The translations under genes and the position numbers were made by a program. Below, one piece after another: positions 54,081 to 64,000 of a stretch of 64,000 nucleotides of DNA. Numbering within the stretch: position 1 is the first letter of the stretch; the number at the start of each line of letters is the position of its first letter. The stretch is from Candidatus Eiseniibacteriota bacterium (lineage in GTDB: Bacteria > Eisenbacteria > RBG-16-71-46 > CAZAMP01): positions 5,504,001 to 5,568,000 of the forward strand of contig OZ245046.1 of assembly GCA_965224245.1 (NCBI GenBank), in the 5' to 3' direction. Below the pieces are notes generated by a model that was not told the origin of the DNA, did not search any database, and saw only the letters and a list, made by a program, of their open reading frames with translations.

Positions 54081-54890
54081 ATGGACGAGATCGCCCGCTA
54101 CTACGCCGAAGGATCCGAGGAGCATCGTCTGACCGTGGGAGCGTTCCAGCTGGAGGCGGCCAGGACGCGCGAGCTTCTCCAACGGTTCCTGCCCCGACCG
54201 CCGGCGCGGGTGCTCGACGTGGGCGGCGCCACCGGGCCGTACGCGTTCTGGCTGGCCGAGAAGGGCTACCACGTCGATCTCGTCGATCTCTCGCCCCGGC
54301 TCGTGGAGGCCGCTCGTGCGCGCAACGCGAGCGCCGCCGTCCCGCTGGCGAGCGCCGAGGTCGGGGATGCTCGGGCACTGGAGACCGCCGATTCATCGGT
54401 GGATGCCGTCCTCTGTCTGGGCCCGCTCTATCATCTGACCGACGAAGCCGACCGGCAGCGGGCGCTCGGGGAGGCTCGCCGGGTGCTCGTGCCGAAGGGT
54501 GTCCTGGCGGCTGCCGCGATCTCGCGATATGCATCGTCGCTCGACGGACTGTCCCGCGATCTGCTGGCCGACCACGTCTTCCGGGACATCGTGCGCCGGG
54601 ACCTCGCCGAGGGCCAGCACCGCAATCCCACCGATCGATTCGACTACTTCACCACCGCGTTCTTTCATCGTCCCGAGGACCTCGCGCGGGAGGTGACCGC
54701 GGCGGGCTTTCGAGAGGCCGTGGTCTACGGCATCGAGGGACCGGGCTGGATCCTCCGGGACTTCGACGCCCGCTGGGCCGACGCGCGCAAGCGCCAGGAT
54801 CTCGTCGACGTGGCCCGGGCGCTCGAGCGCGAGCCCTCGGTGATCGGAGCGAGCGCCCACCTCCTGGCGATCGGGCGGAAGGATCGATGA
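54081..54890 (+). CDS. Class I SAM-dependent methyltransferase
   Basis: VLDVGGATGPY, DAVLCLGPLYHL, ASAHLLAIGRK. Confidence 0.87.
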   Translation: MDEIARYYAEGSEEHRLTVGAFQLEAARTRELLQRFLPRPPARVLDVGGATGPYAFWLAEKGYHVDLVDLSPRLVEAARARNASAAVPLASAEVGDARALETADSSVDAVLCLGPLYHLTDEADRQRALGEARRVLVPKGVLAAAAISRYASSLDGLSRDLLADHVFRDIVRRDLAEGQHRNPTDRFDYFTTAFFHRPEDLAREVTAAGFREAVVYGIEGPGWILRDFDARWADARKRQDLVDVARALEREPSVIGASAHLLAIGRKDR

Positions 54891-55050
54891 CGTGGAGACC
54901 GGCCGCGCGCGTCGTGGCGTCGGGAAGCGAGCGTGGCGTTCGCCGTGCTCGTCGCCCTGACGACCGCGTCCTTCGAGGACACCGGCTGGCGCGTGGGGGT
55001 CTCGACCGGTATCATCCGACGAACGCATCGCCCGCGCCCGGGAGAATTCG

Positions 55051-56253
55051 GTGGATTCCTCGTCACGAGTCATCGTCGTCGGAGGTGGCATCTTCGGCAT
55101 GACGGCGGCCGTCTCGCTGGTGGAGCGTGGCTTCGACGTCACGCTCTGCGAGGCGGGATCGGTGCCGAACCCGCTGGCCGCGAGCACCGACATCAGCAAG
55201 GTCGTCCGGATGGAGTACGGTCCGGACGTCCACTACATGGCCCTGATGGAGGCCGCGCTGGCCGGCTGGCACGAGTGGAACGACCGCTGGGCCCAGGCCG
55301 GCGGCCGGCATCTCTACCACGAGACCGGCGTGCTGATGGCGTGTCGCGACGAGATGACGCCGGGCGGCTTCGAGTACGAGAGCTATCACAACCTCCTCGC
55401 GCGCGGACACGCACCCGAGCGCATCACACCGTCTCTCCTGCGCGAGCGCTTTCCGGTGTGGAATGCCGATCGATTCGTGGACGGGTTCTTCCACGCCAGG
55501 GGGGGGTATGCCGAGAGCGGTCGTGTGCTCCAGGCGATCACCTCGTGGCTGTGCTCGACCGACGTCACGATCCGCGAGCAGGCTCCCGTGGCCGAGATCC
55601 GACGCGAGGGAGCGTTCGTGCGCGGTCTCACGCTAGCATCGGGCGAGCGTCTGGACGCGGACGTCGTCGTCGTCGCCGCCGGAGCCTGGGTACCGGCGCT
55701 GGTGCCCGAGCTGTCGACCGTATACCAGCCCACCGGACATCCGGTCTTTCATCTTCGCCCTACCGACCGCGACCTGTTCGATGCGACCCGGTTCCCGACC
55801 TTCACCGCCGACATCTCGCGAACGGGCTTCTACGGCTTCCCGATCACGTCGGACGGCGTGGTGAAGGTGGCCAATCACGGTGTCGGTCGTGCGCTCGGGC
55901 CCGACGAGCCTCGGGAGCTGGATCCGGCGGACGAGCCGCGCCTGCGGCGCTTCCTCCGCGAGTACTTTCCGACGCTGGCTGACGCCGAGGTCGTGTTCAC
56001 GCGACTCTGCCTGTACGCCGACACGCAGGACGGAGATTTCTGGATCGATCAGCACCCCGATCTCGTAGGGCTCGTCGTGGCCGGCGGCGGAAGCGGCCAT
56101 GGGTTCAAGTACGCGCCCATCCTCGGGGACATGATCGCCGACATCGTTCAGGGCAAGGCGACCGACTGGCGTGAGCGATTCCGGTGGCGGCCCGAGGTGC
56201 GGTGCGAGGTCGGGCGCGAGGCGGCCCGATGTCACACGTATCCCACGAGCTGA
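55051..56253 (+). CDS. FAD-dependent oxidoreductase (sarcosine oxidase / fructosyl-amino-acid oxidase-like)
   Basis: VVGGGIFG, AASTDISKVVR, CLYADT, GGSGHGFKYAPILG. Confidence 0.87.
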   Translation: MDSSSRVIVVGGGIFGMTAAVSLVERGFDVTLCEAGSVPNPLAASTDISKVVRMEYGPDVHYMALMEAALAGWHEWNDRWAQAGGRHLYHETGVLMACRDEMTPGGFEYESYHNLLARGHAPERITPSLLRERFPVWNADRFVDGFFHARGGYAESGRVLQAITSWLCSTDVTIREQAPVAEIRREGAFVRGLTLASGERLDADVVVVAAGAWVPALVPELSTVYQPTGHPVFHLRPTDRDLFDATRFPTFTADISRTGFYGFPITSDGVVKVANHGVGRALGPDEPRELDPADEPRLRRFLREYFPTLADAEVVFTRLCLYADTQDGDFWIDQHPDLVGLVVAGGGSGHGFKYAPILGDMIADIVQGKATDWRERFRWRPEVRCEVGREAARCHTYPTS

Positions 56254-56264
56254 CGGAGAGTGAC

Positions 56265-57110
56265 GTGGCCGATCCAGCCGAGCGCCTTCTGGCCCTGGCA
56301 CGCCGCAACGCGCGCGAGCGTTTCCCGACCGACCCCAACGTGCATGCAGCCATCCTGACCGGCTCGGTTGCGCGGGGCCGAACCGACGATGCCTCGGACG
56401 TCGACACCATCGTGTATCTGAAGGACGCGGCCTCCCAGGAGATGTTCGAGGCGACGAAGGCACGGGCCGTCGCGTCCGGAGGGGGCTTCTATCACGGCTC
56501 GCCGGCCGACGGGTTCGGCGTGTACGAGTTCGTGGACGGGGTGAAGTGCGACTTCGGCTACGGGTCGGTGGCCGAGTTCGAGACGTCGGTGGAGACGTTT
56601 CTCGCCGATCCCCCGGTCGAGGGCGAGATGCAGACGATCGTGTCGGGCTTCCTCGATGCGGTGCCTCTCCACAACGCGCCATGGGTCGAGGCGTGGCAGG
56701 ATCGGCTCCACGCTTACCCCGAGGCCCTGGCCGAACGCATGGTCCGCCACCATCTGGGGGTCACGCCTCGCTGGATCCTCTCGGAGATGGGTCTGGCTCG
56801 CGACGACTTCCTGTTCACGCGCGAGTGCTTCTTCGGGGCGGCCAAGCGGCTCGTCGGCGTTCTGCTCGGCGTGAACCGCGTCTACGATCCGGGAAAGGTG
56901 AAGGGAATCGCGCTCACCGTCAGCAGGCTGGCGCACGCGCCGCCCGATCTGCTCGAGCGGCTTCGCGCGCTCACCGGCGGATCACCGGCTGCGCTGGAGG
57001 TGCTGGACGGGCTCGTGACCGACGTGTACGACCTCGTCGATCGCCACCTTCCCGTCGTCGACACCGGGCCCGCCCGAGAGCGGTATCGCGAGACGTTCCG
57101 CCGGGGATAG
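56265..57110 (+). CDS. Pol-beta superfamily nucleotidyltransferase domain protein
   Basis: LTGSVARGRTDDASDVD (GS...DxD) followed by a helical domain; GTG start after GGAGAG. Confidence 0.72.
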   Translation: MADPAERLLALARRNARERFPTDPNVHAAILTGSVARGRTDDASDVDTIVYLKDAASQEMFEATKARAVASGGGFYHGSPADGFGVYEFVDGVKCDFGYGSVAEFETSVETFLADPPVEGEMQTIVSGFLDAVPLHNAPWVEAWQDRLHAYPEALAERMVRHHLGVTPRWILSEMGLARDDFLFTRECFFGAAKRLVGVLLGVNRVYDPGKVKGIALTVSRLAHAPPDLLERLRALTGGSPAALEVLDGLVTDVYDLVDRHLPVVDTGPARERYRETFRRG

Positions 57111-57115
57111 GCTCG

Positions 57116-60037
57116 TCAGTCTGCGGCACCGGCATCATCCCCGGCGCCGGAACCGGTGTCGAACGCGATCTCCAGGGTGCGGATCTGGTGCGGTCCGAAC
57201 CCGAGCGCGATCTCGCACGGCCCCGAGCCGAGCCGGATCTCGTCGATCCGGTCCTCGAGGATCGTCGTGTTCCAGGCGCGGCGAACGGGTCGGCTCGTCC
57301 GGAGCACGGCCGTGGTCTCGGCGCCGGTCAGGTTGTAGGCCCGCACGACGAGCGTGGCGCGCCGCTGATGCAGCTTGATCGCCGAGACCGCCACCGCTTC
57401 CGACTCCAGCGCGATCGGACCCTCGGCGCCCGGAGCCGATCCATCCGCGACGCCCTGGATCGACAGTGGCGCGACGTGATGTCGGCGGGCCTGTCGATGT
57501 ACGCCGGCACCGATCGCGTCGCCCGAGAACGGCATCAGCGCATACTCGAACGTATGCGACCCGAGGCACTGGGCTCCGGGCGTGTGCACGGTGGGCCCGG
57601 CGTTCCGGAACCGTCGCGTGGGGAAGTCGTCTCGCGAGAGCCATTCCACCGCGCGCAGAAGCGTGACCCGTAGCGCGACCCCGCCGTCCTCGGGCGTGGC
57701 CTCGCACTCGGGAAGCCCGCGATTGAACACGGCCAGTCCGCCGTCCCCGTCCGCCACGATCGAGTACGCGCGCTGAGGAACCGTCGTCGGTGGCGGCTGG
57801 ACCCAGTCCTCGCCGTCGGGCGTCCGGATGGATCGTTCGTTGACGAGAAAGTGGCCGTCGGACGAGACGGTCTCGGTGTGGCACGGCGTCGGAAACACCG
57901 CTCGGAGACGATGATCCCGCGCGCGGTTCTCGACCGTCGTGCGCACGCGAACGAACGGAGACACCGCGTCCAGCGTCAGCTCGACGGTCACCGGGCATCG
58001 TACGCGGTCGGACGCCCGCCCGCGGCGATCGGGCGTGATCGCCGCGGGCAGGTCGAGGTCGAAGGTGGTGGCCAGCGTGACCGCGAGGGGCGACACCGAG
58101 CGCTCGCACACGGTGCCGGGCGTGTCGCACGAATCAACCGTCTCGGATCGCTCGGCCGGCGAGTAGTCGTACTCGTCCCCGACGTCCTCGGTGTCCTCGA
58201 GCCGGTTCAGTCCCGGGTAGGCACGTCCACTCTCGACGTGAACGAGATCGACACGGCCGTCCGGCCGGAGCGTCGCGCGACACCATCGGTTGGAGACGGT
58301 CGCCCCGGAATGCACCACCGGCGTCACGTCGTCCGGTCCGCCGGCCGGCTCCGTGGTGCCCGGTGTGTCGTGTCCCGAGGCGGTCGGAGCGGCCTCGGTC
58401 TCGCCGTCGGCAGCGGTCCGAAGCGCGTAGAGTCGGTGTCCGGTGGGGGGGAGATCCCGGGCCAGGAACTCGATCGTTAGGAACGTGTCGGCGTCTCGAC
58501 TCGCGTCGTCGACGAGGATGCGCTCGCCGAAGTGGGTGAGGTACGTGTCGAACCGGCGTTCTCCGTCGCCGCCGTGCAAGAGCGTGCGGTAGTCGATCCC
58601 CCAGAACCGCTCCACGGCGCGCCGGGCCACGACGACCACCGGCACCGGCCGGTCGTCCTCGTCGACGAGCCGCACGTCACCGGCGCCGAGCCCCGGCGGC
58701 CCGAGGACGACGAGACGTCGCACCACGGCCGAACGACGCTCCGGGAGCGTGTTCGCCACCAGGATCCGGGTGTCGGCATCGTCCGCCTCCCGCCGAGCGA
58801 ACGTCGGGGTCAGATGCGTCAGCACCCGCCGGGTGAGCGTCTCCGCGGTGTCGATCGCATGCCGGAACCGCGGGATCATGTCCTCGTGCACCTCGTCGAC
58901 CGAGCAGCCGCAGATCGAATCGTGCGGATGGTTACGAAGCAGCGCGCGCCACGCCGCGTCGACGAGGCCTCGCGACCGATCGACGACGAGGCCCAGCGAC
59001 GGGTCGAGGACGGCCGACGACCAGGCGTGGCAGAGGAGTGGCTCCAGTCGGTCGCCGAGCCAGGTCTCGGCGTGGTCGTTGAGCTGCTTGAGCGGCATGC
59101 GCGACGACCATACCCCCGAGAGGATCGGATGACGCTTGCCTCCACGCAGCTCACCGACGAACGTCCGACCCCGCGGCGTCTCCAGGGCGTCGACGAACGC
59201 TCGTAGCGACCGGTGCCGGAACTCGACCTCGGGGAATGCCGCGGTGAGCGCATCGCGAATCGCCCCGAGGTCCCGCTGCGGGGGGAAGTGGTCGCATCCG
59301 TTGCTGATGAGGACGACGTCACGGTTCGATCCCGACGCGAGCTCGCCGAGCAGCCGCCCCACCGTCTCGACGGCACGGCTCGGGCTTACCTCGCGCCGGG
59401 TGTGCGCGTGCCAGATCTCGGCGAGGCCGAGTCCGCCACCGTTGCAGTAGCCGCCCCGCTGGTGCACGGCGAGAACGGTGTCGCCGTTCGGGGCCGCCCA
59501 CGTGTAGACGTCACCCAGCGCGTCGATCTCGTCGCCGTCGCCTCGCGTGTACACGAACGAGTCGATGCCGGCCGAGCGCAGGAGCTGCGGCATCTGGGCC
59601 ACGTGCCCGAAGGAGTCGGGCATGTAGCCCACGGTCTGCACCGGTCCCAGGTGTGCGACGCACTCGCGCCCGAAGAGGAGGTTCCGGACGTGCGACTCGC
59701 CGCCGATCAGGAACGCGTCGGGAAGCACGTAGAACGGCCCCACCGAGAGCGAGCCCGACGACACGTGGCGCCGGACGCGATCGGTCAGCTCGGGCGCGAT
59801 CTCGAGCACGTCCTCGAGCACGATCGACTGTCCGTCCAGAAGAAAGTGCTCGAACGCCGGATCGTGATCGAGGCGATCCAGCACCTCGGTGACCACGTCG
59901 ATCAGGCGGGCGCGAAACGCCGGGAACGTGTTGTACCACTCGCGATCCCAGTGCGTGTGCGAGACGATGAACGCCACGCGCACCGGCGGCGACGCGGTGT
60001 CCGGACGCGTGGCGTCGGCCGTGCGCTCCTCAGACAT
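57116..60037 (-). CDS. GH38 alpha-mannosidase (MngB-like)
   Basis: SHTHWDREWY, YMPDSFGH, NGCDH, HPHDSICGCSVDEVH. Confidence 0.92.
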   Translation of the reverse strand: MSEERTADATRPDTASPPVRVAFIVSHTHWDREWYNTFPAFRARLIDVVTEVLDRLDHDPAFEHFLLDGQSIVLEDVLEIAPELTDRVRRHVSSGSLSVGPFYVLPDAFLIGGESHVRNLLFGRECVAHLGPVQTVGYMPDSFGHVAQMPQLLRSAGIDSFVYTRGDGDEIDALGDVYTWAAPNGDTVLAVHQRGGYCNGGGLGLAEIWHAHTRREVSPSRAVETVGRLLGELASGSNRDVVLISNGCDHFPPQRDLGAIRDALTAAFPEVEFRHRSLRAFVDALETPRGRTFVGELRGGKRHPILSGVWSSRMPLKQLNDHAETWLGDRLEPLLCHAWSSAVLDPSLGLVVDRSRGLVDAAWRALLRNHPHDSICGCSVDEVHEDMIPRFRHAIDTAETLTRRVLTHLTPTFARREADDADTRILVANTLPERRSAVVRRLVVLGPPGLGAGDVRLVDEDDRPVPVVVVARRAVERFWGIDYRTLLHGGDGERRFDTYLTHFGERILVDDASRDADTFLTIEFLARDLPPTGHRLYALRTAADGETEAAPTASGHDTPGTTEPAGGPDDVTPVVHSGATVSNRWCRATLRPDGRVDLVHVESGRAYPGLNRLEDTEDVGDEYDYSPAERSETVDSCDTPGTVCERSVSPLAVTLATTFDLDLPAAITPDRRGRASDRVRCPVTVELTLDAVSPFVRVRTTVENRARDHRLRAVFPTPCHTETVSSDGHFLVNERSIRTPDGEDWVQPPPTTVPQRAYSIVADGDGGLAVFNRGLPECEATPEDGGVALRVTLLRAVEWLSRDDFPTRRFRNAGPTVHTPGAQCLGSHTFEYALMPFSGDAIGAGVHRQARRHHVAPLSIQGVADGSAPGAEGPIALESEAVAVSAIKLHQRRATLVVRAYNLTGAETTAVLRTSRPVRRAWNTTILEDRIDEIRLGSGPCEIALGFGPHQIRTLEIAFDTGSGAGDDAGAAD

Positions 60038-61058
60038 CGTGCGTACGCGTCCCGGTGGGCCCGTCCGTTTCGGGACGACAGCACTCTAGGAGCTCGCCCA
60101 CCGTCGTGGACGCGAGTCCGACAACGGTGTCGGCGGCGCCGTAGTAGACGTGGACGGCCGTATCGGGTCCCGCGACCGTCGGTGCGGGCTCACCGAGCTC
60201 TCCGAGCACGATGCCCGACGGAAACACGACGTTCGGCACCTGGCCGGTCTGCTCGTACGGCTCGCGCGGCTCGAGGACGTTCAGCGCGCTTCGCCCGAGC
60301 ACCCGGGTGGGATCCTCGAGATCCAGGAGGACCGCGCCGGCCTGGTAGAGATCGCCGCCGGCCGCGTGGGTGGCCACGCCGTGATAGACGACGAGCCATC
60401 CGGCGACGGTGCGCACGGGCGGAGGTCCGGGCCCCACGCGCTCGTCCCAGGAGCGCGGCCGCCCCGAGAACACGGGGATGTCCCGGCTCCAGGTGATCAG
60501 GTCCTCGGAGCTCGTCGCCATCACCGTCGTCCCCGACGTCGTTGCGCCGACGGCGACGTCGTTGGGGCGATGGAGTCGCCACCAGAGCCCTCCGATGCGC
60601 TCGGGGAACACGACCGCGTTCCGGGTGTCGGCGTCCGGGGTGACGGTCACGACGTCGAACGTCTCGAGCCGGCTCGATCTCAGGATCCCCAGTCGACACC
60701 CGTCCGAGGTGTCGATCGCGACCGTGACGACGTACTCGGCGGGCTCGCCGGTCTCGCCCTCGATGCGTGTGACCCGCGCATCGTAGACGTGGTGGATCGG
60801 TCCGCTCACGTGATCGGCGAGGGCGCCGAGGTCCCACGGCCGGGACGCGAGCGTGATCGTCACGCCGTCGCGGCTGGTCGCGGGCCACAGAGCGGTGTGC
60901 CGACCCCGACCCTGAACGCGCACGACCAGCCCCACGCCGGTCCCCAGGCGTGCGACGCCGGGATTGAAGACCGCGCTGACGTCGGTGAACAGGGGCCCGT
61001 GCTCGGGTACGTCGTGCCGGGTGAGCACCGGGTTCGTCGGGTGGCGGCGTAGGCCCAT
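60030..61058 (-). CDS. GH130 beta-mannoside phosphorylase/hydrolase
   Basis: NPVL, AVFNPG, YDARVT, RNAVVFPE, LHRP, YHGV, VPNVVFP, YYGAADT. Confidence 0.9.
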   Translation of the reverse strand: MGLRRHPTNPVLTRHDVPEHGPLFTDVSAVFNPGVARLGTGVGLVVRVQGRGRHTALWPATSRDGVTITLASRPWDLGALADHVSGPIHHVYDARVTRIEGETGEPAEYVVTVAIDTSDGCRLGILRSSRLETFDVVTVTPDADTRNAVVFPERIGGLWWRLHRPNDVAVGATTSGTTVMATSSEDLITWSRDIPVFSGRPRSWDERVGPGPPPVRTVAGWLVVYHGVATHAAGGDLYQAGAVLLDLEDPTRVLGRSALNVLEPREPYEQTGQVPNVVFPSGIVLGELGEPAPTVAGPDTAVHVYYGAADTVVGLASTTVGELLECCRPETDGPTGTRTHDV

Positions 61059-61062
61059 CGCG

Positions 61063-62127
61063 TCAGTCTCTCCAGCCGACGAGGTAGCCCGAGAGCCGCC
61101 AGTAGCCGTGACCACGATCGTCCTCGGGGCGGATGTCCAGGACCGTCGCCGACACGCGATGCGGTCCCGGCGTGAGCCACGGGGTCAGATCGATCTCGGT
61201 GGGCGGAACCCGGTCGCTGGGACACCAGCCGCTGCGGCTGTAGTCGGACGACCAGGAGCCGTCGGACCAGCGCCGGCAGTACGGGTTCACCTCCCGGAAC
61301 TGTCGGCAGTCGTCGCGCCAGGGCTGAAAGCGGTGCACCTCGTGGCCGTCGAGGAAGACGACGTTGTCCTTGGGCACGAACTCGTCGGAGCCCCGACCGT
61401 CGGTGCAATGTCCCGACGCGAGGTAGTGAAGGTGGATGCGACCTGCCCCCGGCGGCACGTCGACGAGCGCTTCCGGGGCGCCCTCGGCTGCCGACGCCGC
61501 GGTCAATGACGGCACGAACAGTACCGGCACGACCCACAGAGGGGCGACGTCCTCGGAGACGGGATCGAACCGCAAGCTGAGATCCATGCGCCACGCGGGC
61601 GACACCCAGGTGTCGATCCAGCCGGCGAACGTGACCTCCCCGGTCAGAAGCGGCGCGAGCGCCGTCACGTCCACGTCGTACGCCGACGGGCCGCCATAGG
61701 CGGTCATGAACTTGACGACCTCCACGTCGGCGCCGTCACGTACCAGACGCACGTGTCCGGCGCGATCCCACCTGTCCCACACGGACTGCTCATCTCTGGG
61801 GATCGGGTGAACCGCGACCTCCGCGGTGATCCTGACCGGATGATCGAACGCCGGGAGCGTCACCGTGCGTCGAACCTCACGCCCGTTGTCGGTCCCCACG
61901 ACCCGCGCCGTGTCGTAGCGGGTGGGATCGTCGGGTGTGAAGTGAATGTCGTCGTCGTGGAACACGTGCACGGTGACCGGATCGTACGGCCGGTGCGTTC
62001 GCACGTCCGCCGGCGGACCCCCGTCGGCATCGGCCGCGTCGGCCGCCGATGCCGGACTCCACGACGCAACGAAGACGAGGGCTCCTCCGAGCATCATGCT
62101 CGATCCCGGCGTTCGCACGATCATCAC
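61063..62127 (-). CDS. Peptide-N-glycosidase F-like protein (secreted)
   Basis: WDRWDRAG, EVVKFMTAYG, SGH...DEF, YSRSGWCP; signal peptide; start may be 62097. Confidence 0.8.
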   Translation of the reverse strand: MMIVRTPGSSMMLGGALVFVASWSPASAADAADADGGPPADVRTHRPYDPVTVHVFHDDDIHFTPDDPTRYDTARVVGTDNGREVRRTVTLPAFDHPVRITAEVAVHPIPRDEQSVWDRWDRAGHVRLVRDGADVEVVKFMTAYGGPSAYDVDVTALAPLLTGEVTFAGWIDTWVSPAWRMDLSLRFDPVSEDVAPLWVVPVLFVPSLTAASAAEGAPEALVDVPPGAGRIHLHYLASGHCTDGRGSDEFVPKDNVVFLDGHEVHRFQPWRDDCRQFREVNPYCRRWSDGSWSSDYSRSGWCPSDRVPPTEIDLTPWLTPGPHRVSATVLDIRPEDDRGHGYWRLSGYLVGWRD

Positions 62128-62145
62128 TCCGATGTCCGAGTTGTC

Positions 62146-64000
62146 TCAGCGCTTCTGGACCCAGCCGTCGTCGCCGTGGTCGCGGGCGCTGCCGGTGAGG
62201 GTGCGCCGGAGCGACACCACGTTCCGGACGCCTCCCCAGGTGAACCAGACGATGACGCCCACGGACGCGATCAGGTGCACGATCGTGTAGATCCGCCAGA
62301 ACCGCACCCAGCTCGCGTCGGGAACGTCGTGCGACAGATTGTACGCGGTGCCCCAGAAGAACACGACGCTCCATCCGATGATCCAGAGCGCCGTCCCCAC
62401 GTAGACGACGCGATCGCCCCGCGAGAACTCACGTCCCATGCCGAGGGCCCGCCATGGGCCGGAGCCCGCTCGAGACGGCGTGGCCACCGTGCCGGCCTCC
62501 GACCGGTAGAGCAGGCGATCCAGATCGACCGCCGGTCGCCGATCGAGGAGCGAGACGATCACGTACACGACCGACGCGCCCAGCATCGCCAGCCCCCAGA
62601 ACCACTGGCCGTTGATCGGGAAGTCCGCCACGAGCTGATGCACGACGATGCCGCCCACCGCAATCACCGATCCCGTGCTCATGGCGGCCCAGGCCGCCGC
62701 GGTCGTGCCGCGTCGCCAGTAGAGGCCTCCGATGATCACGGCGCCCGAGCCCCCGGCGAAGATCGCGCCGGTGACGGCGAAGAAGAGGAAAATGTACTGA
62801 CTCTGGCGGAAGACGAGGCTGAACACGAACGCGAAGACGGCCACGCCCACGATCGCGGTCCGCAGGAGGCGCAGGTGCTGGCTCGGTGTCAGCGGCTTGC
62901 GCCGTAGCGGCATCACGACGTCCTGGATGAAGATGCTGCCCCACGAGTGGAGGTACGTGTCGTGCGTGCTGATGAACGCGGCGAGCATGACGGCCGCCAC
63001 CGCGCCCATGAGACCCGGGGGCAGCAGCGTCGTGAGCACCAGCGGAACACGGAGCTGACTTCGGATCGGCTCGCTCTCGACCGCGTCGAGGATTCCGTTC
63101 ACGACGACCGCGTTGGCCGTGAAGTCGCGCTGGTGCAGGACGGCGTAGGCGATGACCGGCACGATGACGAGCATCAGGTTCTGCGGCACCACGCGCCAGT
63201 TGGCGAGGATGCCGCCCATCTTGGACTCGTGCGCGCTGGATGCGGACGCATTGTAGGCCTGAGTTCCCTGCCACGACATCTTGTTGTAGATCACGCCGAA
63301 GACCCCGATCAGGAAGTAGGCGAAGTTGAAGTCGGCGACGTGACGGGTCCGAAACGGATTGATCAGCGATGCGTTCTCGGGCGCCGCGGCGACTCCCTCG
63401 ACGAGCTGCGCCCACTCGACCCGGGACAGGAGATACGCGACGAGCACGACCATGACCACGTTCACGAACGTACCCTGAAGGAAGTCGGCCACGATCACCG
63501 CCACCTGTCCGCCCATGAAGACGAACCACAGGGCGATCGAGAGGAGCACCGCCATGGTCAGGACGAAGCTCGAGACCTCGATCGGTCCGAGCGTGACGGT
63601 CTCGGGAAGGCCGCAGAAGGTGATGAAGAACCGCGCGCCCACGGCCGGGAAGATGCCGAAGTTGACCAGGCCCGCGCCGAATGCGATCGACCCCGCGAAG
63701 ACCCGGAACCGGCGGCTGTAGCGCCGCTCGAAGAACTCGGCCAGCGTGAGGCAGCGCGTCTGGCGGAAGCGGTAGATCACCCAGCCCGAGAGCGAGATCA
63801 GCAGGAGCACGAGGTTCGTGCTCAGTCCCCACCACATCATCGAGAAGCCGGACGCGTAGTACATCTCGAAGAATCCGACGACCGAGATCGCCCCCAGACC
63901 GGCCGCGCCCTCGGAGACGCTCACGAGATAGCGACCCGCGCCGCGACCGGCCGCCAGGAAGTCGGCGACGCTCCGCATCTGGCCCCGGCTCATCAGCACG
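62146..64000 (-). CDS. Sodium:solute symporter (SSS family), N-terminus outside the window
   Basis: DFLAAGRG, TLAEFFERRYS, GGQVAVIVADFLQG, MLAAFIST, GGLYWRRGT. Confidence 0.9.
   Translation of the reverse strand, partial: VLMSRGQMRSVADFLAAGRGAGRYLVSVSEGAAGLGAISVVGFFEMYYASGFSMMWWGLSTNLVLLLISLSGWVIYRFRQTRCLTLAEFFERRYSRRFRVFAGSIAFGAGLVNFGIFPAVGARFFITFCGLPETVTLGPIEVSSFVLTMAVLLSIALWFVFMGGQVAVIVADFLQGTFVNVVMVVLVAYLLSRVEWAQLVEGVAAAPENASLINPFRTRHVADFNFAYFLIGVFGVIYNKMSWQGTQAYNASASSAHESKMGGILANWRVVPQNLMLVIVPVIAYAVLHQRDFTANAVVVNGILDAVESEPIRSQLRVPLVLTTLLPPGLMGAVAAVMLAAFISTHDTYLHSWGSIFIQDVVMPLRRKPLTPSQHLRLLRTAIVGVAVFAFVFSLVFRQSQYIFLFFAVTGAIFAGGSGAVIIGGLYWRRGTTAAAWAAMSTGSVIAVGGIVVHQLVADFPINGQWFWGLAMLGASVVYVIVSLLDRRPAVDLDRLLYRSEAGTVATPSRAGSGPWRALGMGREFSRGDRVVYVGTALWIIGWSVVFFWGTAYNLSHDVPDASWVRFWRIYTIVHLIASVGVIVWFTWGGVRNVVSLRRTLTGSARDHGDDGWVQKR

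Noticed and set aside
1-64000. tRNA, rRNA, IS elements, integrases, prophage
   Set aside because: None recognised by eye; short structured RNAs could be missed without Infernal or tRNAscan

Overview
This is a GC-rich bacterial chromosomal window, densely coding, with about 45 supportable CDS. I saw no rRNA, tRNA, CRISPR array or transposase. Six secreted proteins carry a C-terminal FlgD-Ig/T9SS-like sorting domain and one carries a 'SWxRIKxxY' tail, which suggests an FCB-group candidate phylum such as Eisenbacteria, Krumholzibacteriota or Latescibacterota (inference). From left to right the window holds: (1) an RND efflux operon (adaptor plus two permeases) behind a sigma-54 promoter; (2) a cluster of secreted beta-helix, LanC-like and outer-membrane proteins; (3) a TPR-CHAT protease divergent from an ECF sigma / double zinc-finger anti-sigma pair; (4) an aspartyl protease and an NTT/TLC-HEAT transporter; (5) a compositionally distinct operon encoding a degenerate-peptidase/CGC-metallophosphoesterase/tetraheme cytochrome fusion, a 6-Cys secreted peptide and a beta-propeller; (6) an M1 aminopeptidase; (7) a kinase-(dead NTPase)-TPR gene coupled to a GAF sigma-54 activator and a small secreted protein; (8) a PAS sigma-54 activator with visible UAS and -24/-12 promoter upstream of tusE-dsrE2, with a probable sqr relic; (9) arsM and assorted small enzymes; (10) a four-repeat secreted protein; (11) an N-glycan utilisation operon (SSS transporter, PNGase F-like, GH130, GH38). 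The best candidates for undescribed systems are the 27.6-40.2 kb peptide/propeller/cytochrome plus kinase-bEBP locus and the CHAT/anti-sigma/ECF module. All product calls come from motif reading by eye, with no database search.
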